This document shows, piece by piece, positions 26,763 to 41,002 of a stretch of 64,000 nt of DNA. Every line of letters starts with the position of its first letter. Positions within the stretch are counted from its first letter, which is position 1. Source of the DNA: Eledone cirrhosa (lineage: Eukaryota); the NCBI GenBank assembly GCA_964016885.1, contig OZ024747.1, positions 91,388,001 to 91,452,000 on the forward strand, written 5' to 3'. Below the pieces are notes generated by a model. That model was not told the origin of the DNA. It did no database searches and saw nothing but the letters and a program-made list of their open reading frames with translations. A program made the position numbers and the translations under genes.

Positions 26763-27115
26763 CTTCCTCAAAATGGCTGACTAAATATACACGCACTTTT
26801 CTCCCGTAAAGAAACTCTTCGTTTCTTCCACTTCTTACTCTCATTTATCATTCTATGTTTTCCTTCTATCCCTTCTATGCACTAACGTCCAAAAGGTTGA
26901 CTCCTTAACTATTATGCCAAACATTAAACAAATATATATTACCATCGTACTGTACCCTTCATCTGTATTGTTTCTCGTCATTTGCTCTTTTGCATACATA
27001 CATATACATACATATATACATATACGTACATACATATATACATATACGTACATATATGAAAATACGGGTGAGAATAATACTGCTGGTTGCACATGGATAA
27101 CATGTTATAAAATGA

Positions 27116-27160
27116 GTCCCTCATCAGTGATTTACCAAACGATCATGGGTATTTCATCGC
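27116..27160 (-). ncRNA. 3' half of the permuted-hammerhead motif, truncated at a microsatellite
   Basis: GCGA T GAAA TACCC..GTTTGG TAAATCA CTGATGA G GGAC. Confidence 0.6.
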
Positions 27161-27799
27161 ATTAATATATATACATATACGTACATACATATATACATAT
27201 ACGTACATATACACACACGTACATACACACACACACACACACATACATATATACACACACATACACATACACATACACACACACATAGATATACACACAG
27301 ATATACAGATACATACATACACATACATACACATACACATACATACACATATACATACATACACATATACGTACATACACATATACATACATACACATAT
27401 ACATGCATACACATATACACACACATAGATATACACACACATATATATACACACACACACATATATATACACACACATGTACACACACACACACATGTAC
27501 ACACACACACATGTACACACACATGTACACACACATGTACATATAATACACACACACATACATATACACACACACATATAAGTACATATATTGGTAAGTG
27601 ATTGACAAATTAAAAGGGAGAGCGAGGTTCAGGAGACAAAATTAAGTCAGTAAAATAAGCACTAGAATATTAGGAAAGATGGAAGTGACGAGGTAGAAAG
27701 AAATAACGTAAGTAGGATAAGAGAGATGGAAAATAGAAGCATAAAAATCTACCTCAGTATAAGAGAGTAACCAATATTTATAATGATATTTATAATAAT

Positions 27800-28500
27800 A
27801 ATAATTGTTTCTACTTTTGACACAAGGCCAGCAATAACCGGGTGCATTACTGGTACTTTATTTTATCGACCCCGTAAGGATGAAAGGCAAAGTTAACCTC
27901 AGCGGGATTTGAACTCAGAATATAAAGGGACGTAACTCTATGCTTCAAAGCATGGTGTCCGACAATAATAATGGTTTCTTATATATGCACAAGGCCAGCA
28001 ATTTCGGGGAAAGGGAAAGTCGATTAAATCGACGCCAACGTATTACTGGTACTTTATTTTATCGACCCAGTAAGGATGAAAGGCAAAGTTAATATGGGTG
28101 GGATATGAATTCAGACCATAAAGGGTCGTAACTCTTTTCTTCTGCAAAGCATGACGTCCGACCCTCTACCGATGCTGCCAATCCAAATGATAATGATTTC
28201 ATTTATTGGCCACAAGGGCCGACATGTAGGGGACAATACAAAGACAATACAATAAGCTCAAGTAAAAGTGCACAAGAGCAAAACCAATTTAACAATGAAA
28301 ATATAAAAATAATAGTAATAATTGTTTCTACTTTAGGCACAAGGCCAGCAATTAACCAGTTCATTACTGGTACTTTATTTTATCGACCCCGTAAGGATGA
28401 AAGGCAAAGTCAAGCTCGGCGGGATTTGAACTCAGATCGTAAAGGGACGTAACTATGCTGGAAAGCATGGCGTCCGACCCTCTACCGATACTGCCAACCC
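27800..28500 (-). mobile_element. Cluster of three SINE family A copies plus a short LINE-like 3' tail
   Basis: Copies at about 27800-27963, 27970-28185 (long variant) and 28317-28500; 28195-28260 reads GCCCTTGTGGCCAATAAATGAAAT on the minus strand. Confidence 0.85.
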
Positions 28501-28566
28501 AATAATGATATTGTGTACAGTGCTCAGGTGCACTGTATGCGTTTGTGCATACGTATATATGTATAA

Positions 28567-28792
28567 CCCTTTAGCATTTACATTACTCTATATTTACTAT
28601 TGCATTTTCACAGTAAAGGCTTTAGCTCACCTAATTATCTCACATAATATCAAATCTATGAGATTTTGATGTTATATATTTTGAGAACAATACCTTAACA
28701 TAAGTATGAGTGGTTGGTTGCAGTCAGTTTGAACAGAATGAGGTGAGAGAACTCTGCTCTGGCCAGATACGGCCGTTTTAAATGCTAAAGGG
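28567..28792. mobile_element. piggyBac-like MITE
   Basis: TIRs CCCTTTAGCATTTA / TAAATGCTAAAGGG with ATAA flanks; a partial second copy at 45745-45864 ends GGG|TTAA. Confidence 0.6.
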
Positions 28793-29992
28793 ATAAGGGA
28801 AAGAGTGAGTAGTTAACTCGTATGAGTGCGTGTTTTGAATGTCATGTGCCGCAAAATCTATACAGCCGCAACTATAAAATAATTATAATTTAAAAGCTCC
28901 ACTGAAATGTTTTCAGAAAAATACGCCATTATTATTATTTTTTTTTTTAGTCCATTTAACACTAGATTAATCATCAACAAATTTATAATTAATTTTTATT
29001 GTGTAAATTATATGTCGTAAATAAGCCACTAATAAGGCTCCTTAAACAGCCTGTTGACTTTATTGTGGCCCTGAATTTCATTATATTTTATTGTAAATAT
29101 TCTTTAGAAAGAGCACAATTTGTTATGAGCTCACAATACAGCAGGTACTATTAGGTTGCTCTTCGACTTCTTCCGTGTTGTTGCTATTTCTCTATAATGT
29201 TTAAACACACGCACAAACACACACACACACAAACTCACTCTCACACACTCACATAGTCACACAGTCACACAGTCACACACTCACACGGACACACGCCCTT
29301 AAACTCATGCACACACTCATACACACGCTTGCACAGATACATACACACACACTCACACGCACCCTTACACTCACACACACACTCATGCATGCACTTGCAC
29401 AGATAAACACGCTTTTACACACACACACGCTTTTACACTCACACATACACACACACACACGCACACACTAACACAGACATGCCTTTATACACACACATGC
29501 ACACACTAACACACACACCTTTACACTCGCACACACACACATACTCATGAACACACACACACATACTCATGAACACACATGAACAGATATATACATATAC
29601 ACTCACACACACACAACCACCTATTTACTAAAAAGCCATGCTTGTTTATGCGTGAAAAAATAAAATTGCTTGCATACAGACATCGGCTATTATAAGTATT
29701 ATTTTATTGTATCACTTCCGACTGACTGCTTATAAAACCAAACTATTAGCGCTTTCGACAGTCATTCCCTACCACATGCTGGTTCTGCTCCATTCACTCT
29801 GACGTTCTTTTCTCATCTCTAAACAATCTCTTTATCCCCTCCTTTATCTCTAACTTTTTCCTTGTATCAATATTGGCGAAGAATTCTTTACTCTAAACTT
29901 CCACAAACATAATCCAACATATAGTATTCACTCTAATCCTTTGAAAACAAAAAGAAAACAATCGTTACAGCAATGTACTTATTATCTATAAG

Positions 29993-30304
29993 ATCTGCTG
30001 CACCTCGGGCCGAGGAGAGTAAACTCCCCAAATATATGTCGTTCTCCGACAGGTTTGCCGTCGAGCCCGTGGCAGTGGAGGGTTCGTGTGTCCTTGTCCT
30101 TAGGACTACCTCCCTGCTCACCACCTTGGCGGGATTTAAACTCAGAACCTAAAGTGAACTTCGAGGTAAATTGCGATGTTCTTCATCAGCAAAACAATAG
30201 GTAAACTCACCAAATATCTGTCGCTCTCCGACAAGTTTGCCGTCGAACCCGTGGCAATGGAGAGTTCCGGTGTCCGTGGCTCTAGAGCCACCCCCTTACT
30301 CACC
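29993..30304 (+). mobile_element. Two further CRE-like ORF scraps
   Basis: 29993-30125 SAAPRAEESKLPKYMSFSDRFAVEPVAVE and 30200-30304 GKLTKYLSLSDKFAVEPVAME, both homologous to 1502-1620. Confidence 0.7.
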
Positions 30305-30582
30305 TAGTAAGTAATTCATGTAAGTTTATATGGGTACATAAAAGTTCAAAATCTTGTCTGTTTGCATGAACGCAAGCACGTAATTAATGTTTCTATAAAA
30401 CCAGTGCCTAATAGTGTCATACCATGTATATTGATCTGTAAACATGTTACCTAACTAAAGAGAAATAAATACAAACAATTTTGCTTGAACCTATGAATAT
30501 TTGGTGGGAATAATTTTCACACAAAACTACATACTATATGAATTGTTCCAAAGTTCAATACTTAATTTATCGATTTATTTTA

Positions 30583-30731
30583 ACCAGTGTATTACTGGTA
30601 CTTTATTTTATCGACCCCGTAAGGATGAAAGGCAAAGTTAACCTCGGCGGGATTTGAACTGAGAATGGCAAGGACCATAACTCTATGCTGAAAAGCATGG
30701 TGTCCGACCCTCTACTGATACAGCCAATCCA
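30583..30731 (-). mobile_element. SINE family A copy
   Basis: Head and core, tail truncated. Confidence 0.85.
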
Positions 30732-31081
30732 TTCCCCTGGGTTAATAATATTCTTACGATGGTGGTGTTGCACTATTCCAGATTGTTTTATATATGTCTA
30801 TATTTTACTAGTATTTAAGAGTGAATTGAAGACGTGTTGAGGGTTTGTGTCTCATGTGATTATGCTAGCTGAATGTATTGAGCTGAAGATGATATCTTGA
30901 GGCGAGCTTTAATTATCTTGCTGAGATGTATGGGTGTGCAGATTTTGATTGTTTATGATGTAAATGAAATTTAGTCGTGAGCTACTTTGTTAATCAGCAT
31001 GCTATTTGAATTATTTTGTAATAGTATGTGAATTGAGCATCTGCAAATTGGAGAGGCTGGATGTAGTATGTTTATTGTTTT

Positions 31082-31240
31082 TATTCATTTACTGGTTTCA
31101 GTCATTAGACTGCGGCCATGCCGGGGCATCGCTTTTGTTTAATTGATCATATCCCTCCCAGTATTAAAGTTTTCAAGCCTGTTATTTATTTTATTGACCT
31201 CTTTTTTTGTCAAACGGCTATGTTACTGTGCATAAACACG
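31082..31240 (-). mobile_element. Second SINE-like family
   Basis: TTTACTGGTTTCAGTCATTAGACTGCGGCCATGC shared with 49080-49290. Confidence 0.55.
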
Positions 31241-32426
31241 GATACACACTACCATAAACACAGACACGGACACGGACGCAAACATACATACACTCATAGA
31301 ACACACACGTACTCACACGTGTTCACGTACGTGGGTCGAAACAAAGCCGATGTTGTTGTTTTTACCAGAGATTAAAAGGAGAGATTGAGAGTGAGAGAAG
31401 AATCGACCTCAGTACTAGAATGATATATCATTGATGGACTTCAAAAGGATGAAATGCAAAGTTAACCTAATGACTGTCAATTTACCGTCCTTGTATCGTA
31501 TTGGCATGGCATGGCATGGTTCCGTAACTCCTAAGGGAGTCGTAGGGACGCTGCATTAACATACGGTTTTTCTAGGGCACATTTGAAACCTGGTGGAGCC
31601 CAATCCTCTCCAGATCTGAATATAGCAGATTTCTTTCAGAGAAAGATAGAAGGAGTGAGAGAATGGACGTGAGAAAGAGATATAGAGGAAGAATCAACCC
31701 AAGTACTATACTGGTACTTTGATTATCGATCTTGAATGGATGATAGACACAGTTGACCAGGGTAGTATTTAAACTGAGAGAGCAGAGAGCCGAAATGAAT
31801 AGTACAAAGCATTCTATCCGACGTCCCAATTCGCCGTCTGGTATTGTACTGCCGTATGTTAAAGATTTTTGTCTTGTGTTTTGTATATGCCAGATGTTGG
31901 GTTAGATTTATTGTTGCTGTGGATTTTATGTTTGAAATGTTCGTGTTACTTAAATTCCTGAAGGAGAGAAAAAATATTACGGAGTCATTTGTGTTTTCCT
32001 TGTTTTGTAAGGATTTGGGGTTTAATATATATTCTATCATCAATCAACATGTCCTTTTTTTCTTATATGACATGGTTATTGTCAACTAATGTTTTTTTAC
32101 CTAGTTTGTTGTTTTGGAACAGGAATGTTGTGATGGAATGGCCATCTGCCGAAGTATAGTTGGACATAATTCGGAATACTTAAAAGTTAACCAATTCTAT
32201 CGTTGCATACATAATTATCAATTACATTGGATATATTTTACATAATGCTCCGCAGAGCAATGCTTTATTGTTGATAAAGGGATTTTTCTTTTAGTTTTGG
32301 TTTTTATTATAACCTTTTGCGTTTATTATAGCATATATTGCATATTTTTAGGAGATTTCTTCTAACGTATTCATCTATTCTATATTATGTGTGCATTTAG
32401 TTCACACATGATGTATGGTTTATTTG

Positions 32427-32597
32427 TTTTACTGGGTGGTGTTCTGGTGTTTATTACATAGGTTCATTACAGTATTGGCCTTTGTCTTGGTTTGGTGGTT
32501 TACTACATAGTTTTACTGGGTGGTGTTCTGGTGTTTATTTCATTAGATCTGTTACAGTATTGGTCTTTGTCTTGGTTTGGTGGCTCACTACATAGTT
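32427..32597. repeat. Tandem duplication, about 84 bp x2
   Basis: TTTTACTGGGTGGTGTTCTGGTGTTTATT...ACTACATAG occurs twice with substitutions. Confidence 0.85.
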
Positions 32598-32919
32598 TCT
32601 GTATATATCATTCATTAATGTTTATTTCGCTCTGTAAATTTCTTTTCGTTGTACACCATTTGTAGAGAGGTAAGATGTTTTTCTTAGTACTGATTTTACC
32701 ACTAATATAGACATTCATTTCATATAAAGGCAATTATTAATTTATCTAGTATAAACTTATCAATTATATTGGAATATAACAGTAGTAATCTAAAGTGAAC
32801 ATATCTTTTACTTAAAATCTTCTGGGTATTAAAGTCGGGAATAACGTTATTTTCTAATTCTCCCTTCACGCAACTGATCTCTTCCAGTGTTTGTCACAAC
32901 ATGTGGTTAATATTGAATT

Positions 32920-33125
32920 GACAGAATTGGTAAAATGCCGGGTTAAATGGCATTGCGGCATTTGTTCTGGATCTTTACGTTTTGGGTTCAAATCCCACCG
33001 AGGTCATCTTTGTTGTTCAGCCTTCCGTACTCGATAAAATGAAGTACTAGCCAAGTTCGGGGGTGGTTTAGTCAACTTAAACCTTCTCCAAAATTGGCTG
33101 GACTTATGCCTCAATTGGAAATCAA
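32920..33125 (+). mobile_element. Old diverged relative of SINE family A
   Basis: GGGTTCAAATCCCACCGAGGTCATCTTTG..CGATAAAATGAAGTAC. Confidence 0.65.
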
Positions 33126-33377
33126 TATTTCAAATGTAAATTGTGTGCATTTTATGGCTTTATTGCCTATATTGCTCATATAGAATGCCACCCCATTCTC
33201 TGATTGTATTCTCATGCCAACAATGGGAAGGAACGTTAATTATTTAGGAGTGAAATAGCTCACTCGTGTCGTTATCGCTGCTTAATCCACCTCCAACGAC
33301 CAGACCTTCAACCAAATCCATAGCAGCTTGAATGTTCATCCTTACTGTGTGTATATCTAACACATCGTTGTCTAACG

Positions 33378-33580
33378 CAGGCATGTCAAACTGAGGCTCC
33401 CCCGAGGGCCACGTGGTTGCCAGATATGTGTTGTCAGAGGGCCACATACAACAACTAATTGTGCACATTACAACTATTTTTTTTTCATTTTATATTACAA
33501 AGATAGAACATGCTCGTGCTGCAAATTATTTGTGCGGGCTGCAGGTGTGCCTGTAAAGGGCCGCATATTTGACATGCCTG
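33378..33580. mobile_element. hAT (Charlie-like) MITE
   Basis: 13-bp TIR CAGGCATGTCAAA / TTTGACATGCCTG; 8-bp TSD GTCTAACG / GTCTAAAG (7 of 8 match). Confidence 0.85.
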
Positions 33581-34721
33581 GTCTAAAGTGTCTTTCCTTT
33601 TTAAAAGAAAGTAGTGTCATTTGCGGTAAAACCAGCTAATATTTCTCACAGCTCGAGAGACCACGTAGAGACTCGTTCCTGGGCTGCTTAAAGGATAGTG
33701 GTTAGTTTTAATAGATAGCTATTTTCCGGTTTTGTTTCAATTGCTTACTTTACGGGGATGTCAATGAAAGACTTTTACATCAAGTTATATTTCCTACTTA
33801 TACAGATTCTTCAAAATTCTTAAACAACTCGTATGGTGAATGTATATTATATCACTTCAGTGTATATTATTCAATAATGTTAAATAACATTTTATTGATC
33901 TTATGTGTTCGGAGATGGTTGAGGAATTCTAAGTAGGAGATAATCATGTTTTTCTGGACTTTAACAATTCTGTAAATACAATAGATATATGCTGGAGTGA
34001 ATACTTCTACGTGGTAAATGGAATAGATCTTAGTCCTATATTTGCAACAATAATGAATTAATTCGTTAAGCTTAATGTCTAATTAAAGAATGTTGATATT
34101 CTTACTTCTTATACGGTTTCTGATATTATTTAATAAATTGTTAATTTCTATAATGCGTTTGTCTCTATTCATTCCAACAAATACGTTATTTCTGATCGTA
34201 TTTGTCTATTACGGTTAAACCAATGCATTTCAGATCATGTAGATCATGTTTGTTAAATAGCATTCTTTTTATTGTTGTGTGTATAGCTATGTTGATTATA
34301 TTTGCCTTGGAGGAAATCATTGAAATTTTACTTCTGTTTTGTATTGTCTTATTATTTGTAAGATACTGTAGATATTGCCAAAAAAAAAAGTTTTGTTATT
34401 GTTGGCGTTGTTATTGTTCTTGCTGCTGCTGTTGTTGTGGTGGTGGTTGTAGGGGTGGTGGTTGTGTTGTTGTTGTGTGGTTGTAGTGGTGGTGGTGGTT
34501 ATGATGGTTGTGTTGTTGTTGGTGGTTGTGGTGGTTGTGTTGGTGGTGGTTGTGGCGGAGGTGGTAGTTGTATTGTTCTTGTTGTTGTTGGTAATTGTTG
34601 TAGTGTTGGTGGCGGTGGTGGTGGTCTTTTGGTAGCACGCAGGTAGCCAGAATGACAAGGAACGACAAATGCCTGTTATTTCCTTTTTCGGGTACACTTC
34701 CATACTGAATATTCCAATGTG

Positions 34722-35080
34722 TAATAATTGTTTCTACTTTAGACACAAGGCCAGCAATTACCCAGTGCATTACGGGTACTTTATTTTATCGAGCCCGTAA
34801 GGATGAAAGGCAAAGTTAACCTCGGCCGTAAAGGGACGTAACTCTAAGCTGAAAAGCATGGCGTCCGACCCTCTACCGATACTGCCAACGTGTAATAATT
34901 GTTTCTACTTTTGGCACAAGGCCAGCAATAACCCAGTACATTACTGGTACTTTATTTTATAGACCCCGTAAGGATGAAAGGCAAAGTTAACCTCGGCGGG
35001 ATTTGAACTCAGAATGACAAGGGCCGTAACTCTAGGCGTCAAAGCATGGCGTCCGACCCTCTACCGATACTGCCAATCCA
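34722..35080 (-). mobile_element. Two tandem SINE family A copies
   Basis: 34722-34889 (B-box deleted) and 34895-35080. Confidence 0.9.
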
Positions 35081-35895
35081 ACGTGTAATAATGAATCGTA
35101 TTATGTCCAATTTGACAGTGTGGACATGATTCACCCACTTCCCTATTTAGTTTATTCCTTTACGTCAATATATTCTGGTGAGTGTGATAACAAAGTTAGG
35201 TCGGGTAACTCCGTTCAAAGTGATGTTGGTGAATGGCGCGATCCATTCAGTCTCTAAATAGATTTCTCATTGCGATTTTGTCTGATGGAAGCAAAAAGAC
35301 AAACTCGACGTCATGTAAAATCTACTTATCTTTATGTTTAGTGTTCCAGGTTTTTTTTTTTTTTTAGTTGAATTTTGATGGCTGTGTTTCGAGAAAGTTC
35401 TGATATGTATGTTTGCTTGTTTCTGTGTTTCTATAAGTTTGAACTTCTTCTTGTGATGGTGGTGTTGTTTTGGCAGCACGTGGGTAGCCGAACGATAAGG
35501 AATGGCAAATACGTTATTATTGTATTTTTTCCAGTTATAACATAATATAATATATTTATATGCCACAAACTCACATATTGCGCAAGTCGGATTGTTGATT
35601 TTCATTTCACAGAAACTAATCGAGGATATTGTATAATATCCTTCGATACGGTCCAGGTTTGTTATTTAACCTGATTGTATTTTCGTTGTTGTGGTGGCTT
35701 CTGTGGCTTTATCCCCTTAACCACAGTTTTCAATTTGTCACACTATTTAACGTATGTTTATTACTCTAAGATGTAACTTATCGATTTATCGATGCCTTCT
35801 TATTGAGTGCTTCGTGCAAGCTCCGAACTGTTTTTTTCGTAGATGCTGGCCGACCACCGCAACTTCAGTTTTACTAACTTCCACTCTTATATATA

Positions 35896-36201
<306 letters not shown>

Positions 36202-36220
36202 GATATATATATATATATAG

Positions 36221-36298
<78 letters not shown>

Positions 36299-36983
36299 TC
36301 GAGTGTAAATATTAGATGATATATTCTAAGCCTCGCTGTCAATACGTAAACAAATATGAAATTGCAATTACATGAAATTTATTTAAGATTACCTAATATA
36401 CAATGTGTTGTGTATAAATATTTATTATTTAATTAGATATCAAATGTAACAAATAACGTCAAATGCATTGAGGAATATGACTCCGATGATGAGAAAGATA
36501 AGTTGAAGAAGGTGGGTAAATGTTTGTGATGAGAACGTCAGTGATGGTGCCAAAACTATTGATATTTCGAATACACATTTACTCATAAACCATTCTGTAT
36601 TATTAGTTACCTTAGTTATTAATAGTGGGCTGACAGCATTGTAGAATTATATAAATGAAGATGTGTCTGGCACAGTCTTATTTTAGATTTTAATAAATAT
36701 CTTTCTTTAACTTGGGATTATCTGAAAGGTTGAGGTGAGTACATTCCTCGACATTATCTCTCTCGATTAATCAGGATGACAGGCAAACTATTCATTTCGA
36801 TCCTCATTTAAGATACCGAAAACGACACTACAACCTAACACCTTGGATCCGAATTTCACGCTTAGAGTAAATATTATACAAACACACACACCTCAAACAT
36901 ATATATATATATTTATATATGTCCCAAGGCTCTGATACCATCAACACTATAAACACAGAGCTGGCATATCTAAGAACTGACTA

Positions 36984-37039
36984 ACTGCCTGATGAGGTCA
37001 TAGCCATTCAATGGCTATCATCGAAATATATATAGCAGT
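36984..37039 (+). ncRNA. Type I hammerhead ribozyme, intact
   Basis: ACTGC CTGATGA GGTCATAGCCAT TCA ATGGCTATCATC GAAA TATATA TA GCAGT, then AATAAA at 37041. Confidence 0.85.
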
Positions 37040-37076
37040 AAATAAAGGATTATGAGTTCATGCAATTTCGTCACTA

Positions 37077-37166
<90 letters not shown>

Positions 37167-37233
37167 AAGAAAGTGTGGTAAGAAACCAGGTGGACCATAA
37201 CGCATCAGAATACTTAGGGTAGTAGAGTGGGTA

Positions 37234-37355
37234 ATAGGAAAAGAGTCAGGACCCTAACGGCTGAGCTTCGGCCGTTTCAACAGCTAGATCTGAATTCGGA
37301 TCTAGCCGTCGAAACGGCCGGAGCTCAGCCGTCGGGGTCCTGACTCTTTTCCTAT
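37234..37355. repeat. Fold-back palindrome of a hammerhead 3' half (same family as 8163)
   Basis: ..GGCCGTTTCAACAGCTAGATCTG AATT CGGATCTAGCCGTCGAAACGGCC.. Confidence 0.8.
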
Positions 37356-38100
37356 ATATATATATATATATTTGAGTATATCTTGGCTAAACACCGAAAC
37401 TTCAGTATGTTTATGTATGTTTGTGTGTGTGATATCAGCGTTAAACTAGAAAAACCCTTATTCAGCAGAGTAGTCGGTATTTGGGATAGTAGCGTGTAAA
37501 TATATTAGAGAGTTGGAGCTTCGTGGCCGAGCTCTTGCCGTTTCGACACCAGCCTGGAATTAAAATTTACTGTCGAAACGATAAGAGCTAAGTTGCCAGG
37601 CTACGACTAATATATATATATATGAGAGAGAAAAGAGTACTCTATACGGAAGTGGGGTTTAAATATTCATGAGCAACCTATGATTAACAAGACTCACTAT
37701 TTAATCTTAATAAAAAGAATATATATGTGTGTGTGCGGGCATATATATATATATATATATATAGCGGTCGATGACAACTACCTTTTTCATCTTTAAGGGT
37801 CGTAACCCTATATTCTAAGCTGTTTTACAGCATCTTTGCACATTAGCACACTACTCTTTATATTAACTTTATCTCCTCAGCACTTCATAAAAATCCGAGA
37901 TATAGACACAGGTCAGGCTTGATTCATTAGACCTATGATTAAACAGCATTCCTGACTTGACTATCTTTTCTTTTTAGAGGTATCAAATGCTGCTTTGTCC
38001 TTTTACCGTTTTGGCGGTGGAAATTTTAAGGTGTTTGCCTGCTATTTCTAACCAGTCGACTGATTACGTAAAGGATCCCTTGTGAGTTTGTATTATTAAG

Positions 38101-38441
38101 GATCGGACGCCATAGTTACGTCCCTTTATGATCTGAGTTCAAATCCCGCCGAGGTTAACTTTGCCTTCCATCTTTATGGGGTCGATAAAATAAAGTACCA
38201 GTAATGCACTGGATAATTGCTGGCCGTGTGCCAAAAGTAGAAACAATTATTAAGGGCGGTGAATTGGCAGCATCTGTAGGGCGTCAGATACCATGCTTTA
38301 TAGCATAGAGTTATGGCCCTTTACGTTCTGAGTTCAAATTCTGCCGAGGTTAACTTTGCCTTTCATCTTTATGAGGTCGATAAAATAAAGTACCAGTAAT
38401 ACACTGTAATTGCTGGCCGTGTGCCAAAAGTAGAAACAATT
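38101..38441 (+). mobile_element. Two tandem SINE family A copies
   Basis: 38101-38251 and 38254-38441. Confidence 0.9.
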
Positions 38442-38804
38442 AGTTAGGGGTATTAGTTCGAAATAACTTCTACATAGTATGCTTTTTTTCATTATTATTA
38501 AATAATAAAGGGGCCTTTAATAACTGGGGTTTCTTTTGTAACAAGTTTATAGCTAAATTCAGAATATAGAATAAGAATTGCTCTCTTCCCTCAGAAATGG
38601 ACCAATATATACAGAAAGACGTTTCTGTATTTAGAGGAAGAGATTGTAGATCTGTGGTAAATGTGTAAATAATTAGTTTATTTAGTTGCTGAATCGTTAA
38701 AGGAATTGGAATCATATTTATCACACAGAACAGACTTCCAACACAATCTGAAACATATTGTTTGTGTCAGAATCATCTAAATATAACGTTTGGTGTCTGA
38801 GAAG

Positions 38805-38904
38805 ATTTCATTGAACCAATATACCACGCGTACCCACACACGCATTTATATATATATATATAAATGCGTGTGTGGGTACGCGTGGTATATTGGTTCAATG
38901 AAAT
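38805..38904. repeat. Perfect 100-bp palindrome centred on (TA)n
   Basis: ATTTCATTGAACCAATATACCACGCGTACCCACACACGCATTTA and its exact reverse complement. Confidence 0.95.
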
Positions 38905-38911
38905 ATATATA

Positions 38912-39132
38912 AATAAAGATTAGAAGAATGAAGACGAAGAGTTGTGAAAATAGCAAGAACAACCCAGGAGTGGTAATGGCATGGGCGAATTAGGCTTTTT
39001 GAATGTAAGTGAAGAGAAAGAGTTTCGCCTGTTTATCACAGGGTCATCAGCCGCCAACACCTACGAATGTGCGTGTGTTTGCGTTTGTGTGTTTGCGTGT
39101 ATGTGTGTGCGTGTATATATATATATATTATA

Positions 39133-39230
<98 letters not shown>

Positions 39231-39415
39231 CACACACGCAAACACACACATATTGGTAGGTTGTTGACGGCTGAGGGCCCTGTGATAAATAGGCGAAACT
39301 TTCTCTTTCTCTTCACTCACATTCAAAAAGCCTAATTCGCCCTTACCATTACCACTCCTGGGTCGTTCTTGCTATTTTCACAACTCTTCGTCTTCATTCC
39401 TCTAATCTTTCTTTA
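38912..39415. repeat. Inverted pLTR-like pair (arms about 150 bp) around a microsatellite, with decayed hammerhead cores
   Basis: Left arm, minus strand: CTGATGA CCCTGT GATAA ACAGGC GAAA. Right arm: CTGAGGG CCCTGTGATAAATAGGC GAAA. Stem III is missing. Confidence 0.75.
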
Positions 39416-39751
39416 TACACCCGAGCAGATCAGAGTTAATATGTTCTTTCTATTCTCTTGGATATAAGTTACATTTCTGTACACGTTATTGTGAGCATCT
39501 GCTATACTTTCTGTTGTCCCCAATCGAAACACTTCTAAGTTTAACGTTTTACGTTTAAATAATTGTTTTATTTAATCCCAGGCGTAAGAGCTTACTGTTA
39601 AATTGTTTAAAGTTTCTTGTTTATCGTCACTTATCCATCTACATATCTTCACATGTTTCCGTGCTTTCTAGATTGTTTCCTAATTAAACATCGTTAAGAA
39701 TCTAACGCTTATATATGTTCAAAACATGGTTGCCTCGATAACTAGTATTAA

Positions 39752-39932
39752 ATTGGCAGTATCGGTAGAGGGTTGGACGCCATGCTTTCCTGCATAGTTA
39801 CGTCCCTTTACAGTCTGAGTTCAAATCCCGCCGATGTTAACTTTGCCTTTCATCCTTACAAGGTCGATAAAATAAAGTACCAGTAATGTACTTGGTAATT
39901 ATTGGCCTTGTGCCAAAAGTAGAAACAATTAT
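39752..39932 (+). mobile_element. SINE family A copy
   Basis: Full length. Confidence 0.9.
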
Positions 39933-41002
39933 TAGTATTATCCCTGTATTAATGTATGTCAACCAACCTATGTTCCCCTTGTTAGTCAAACATTTGACTG
40001 TATGTTCATTATATACTAACATTTATGTTTTGTTTTTCATAATCATCCGATGATCGACAACTATTAAGTCAGAGCAACGAATTGTGAAGTTTCATTCTTA
40101 CTATAATGTATATATGCTTGAGCGTGTATGCTGTTTGCATGGAACTAGCAATATATTTCGTGACATGAGACAATTTGTCAGTCAACGTTTAATGGTTGGT
40201 CTAAGGAGGTATTATGGAGATATTTTCATTTATAATTAGAGCAATATTTTATTCATAAGTCTGGAAATGACCCAAATGATGTCCCACAAAGACATTTCTC
40301 TCGGCCACTTTGTTTAAGCGATATTCCCACACGATACTAAGCTTGTGTTGACCGTATACACAGACCAACAAGCATATAAATCTTTACGTTATCAAGCAAC
40401 TAAATGTCTTTCAAACAAAAGTATCGATATAAATGACAACAAAAGAATATACTGAATAATGCAATTCGTGATACATTATGCCAGAAAAAAAATACTAGAT
40501 GACTATGAATGAAATACTGGTTAAATGAACTAGACAAACTATCTACATTCCTGTTCTGGCATATACAATAACAATAATCACAGCTTCATATGCAGACATT
40601 ATTACAGTTACATCTATCATTTTAAAATCATGCATAATCAAAACCTCCCATATATGATGTAGAGAGTAATTTGAGGAATAGTTAGTTACTATTTCTAGCA
40701 TCGTTGGCTCATGTGAATAGATAGAAAAGTGTGTAAAATTTATTGGAGTGTAGATCTTAGTATTATATTATGACAAATAAGATAAACTTACTATAATATG
40801 GATAAACACTTTTAATTAAATATAAAATATAAAATAATATATAAGGTTAAATATATATATATAACCTTAATTTATATATATATATATACATTAGTTAAGC
40901 AAAACAAGACCACAAAATTCACAAGGAAGACATTATTAAAAGATTGTCAACATATTTTAGTTTCATGTAAGGAATGTAGAGAAAAATAATAATAATATTA
41001 AT

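Noticed and set aside
30780-32760. Strand-biased sequence with faint PLE-like peptides on the minus strand (KICNICYN, CTTKR)
   Set aside because: Too degraded to assign by eye.
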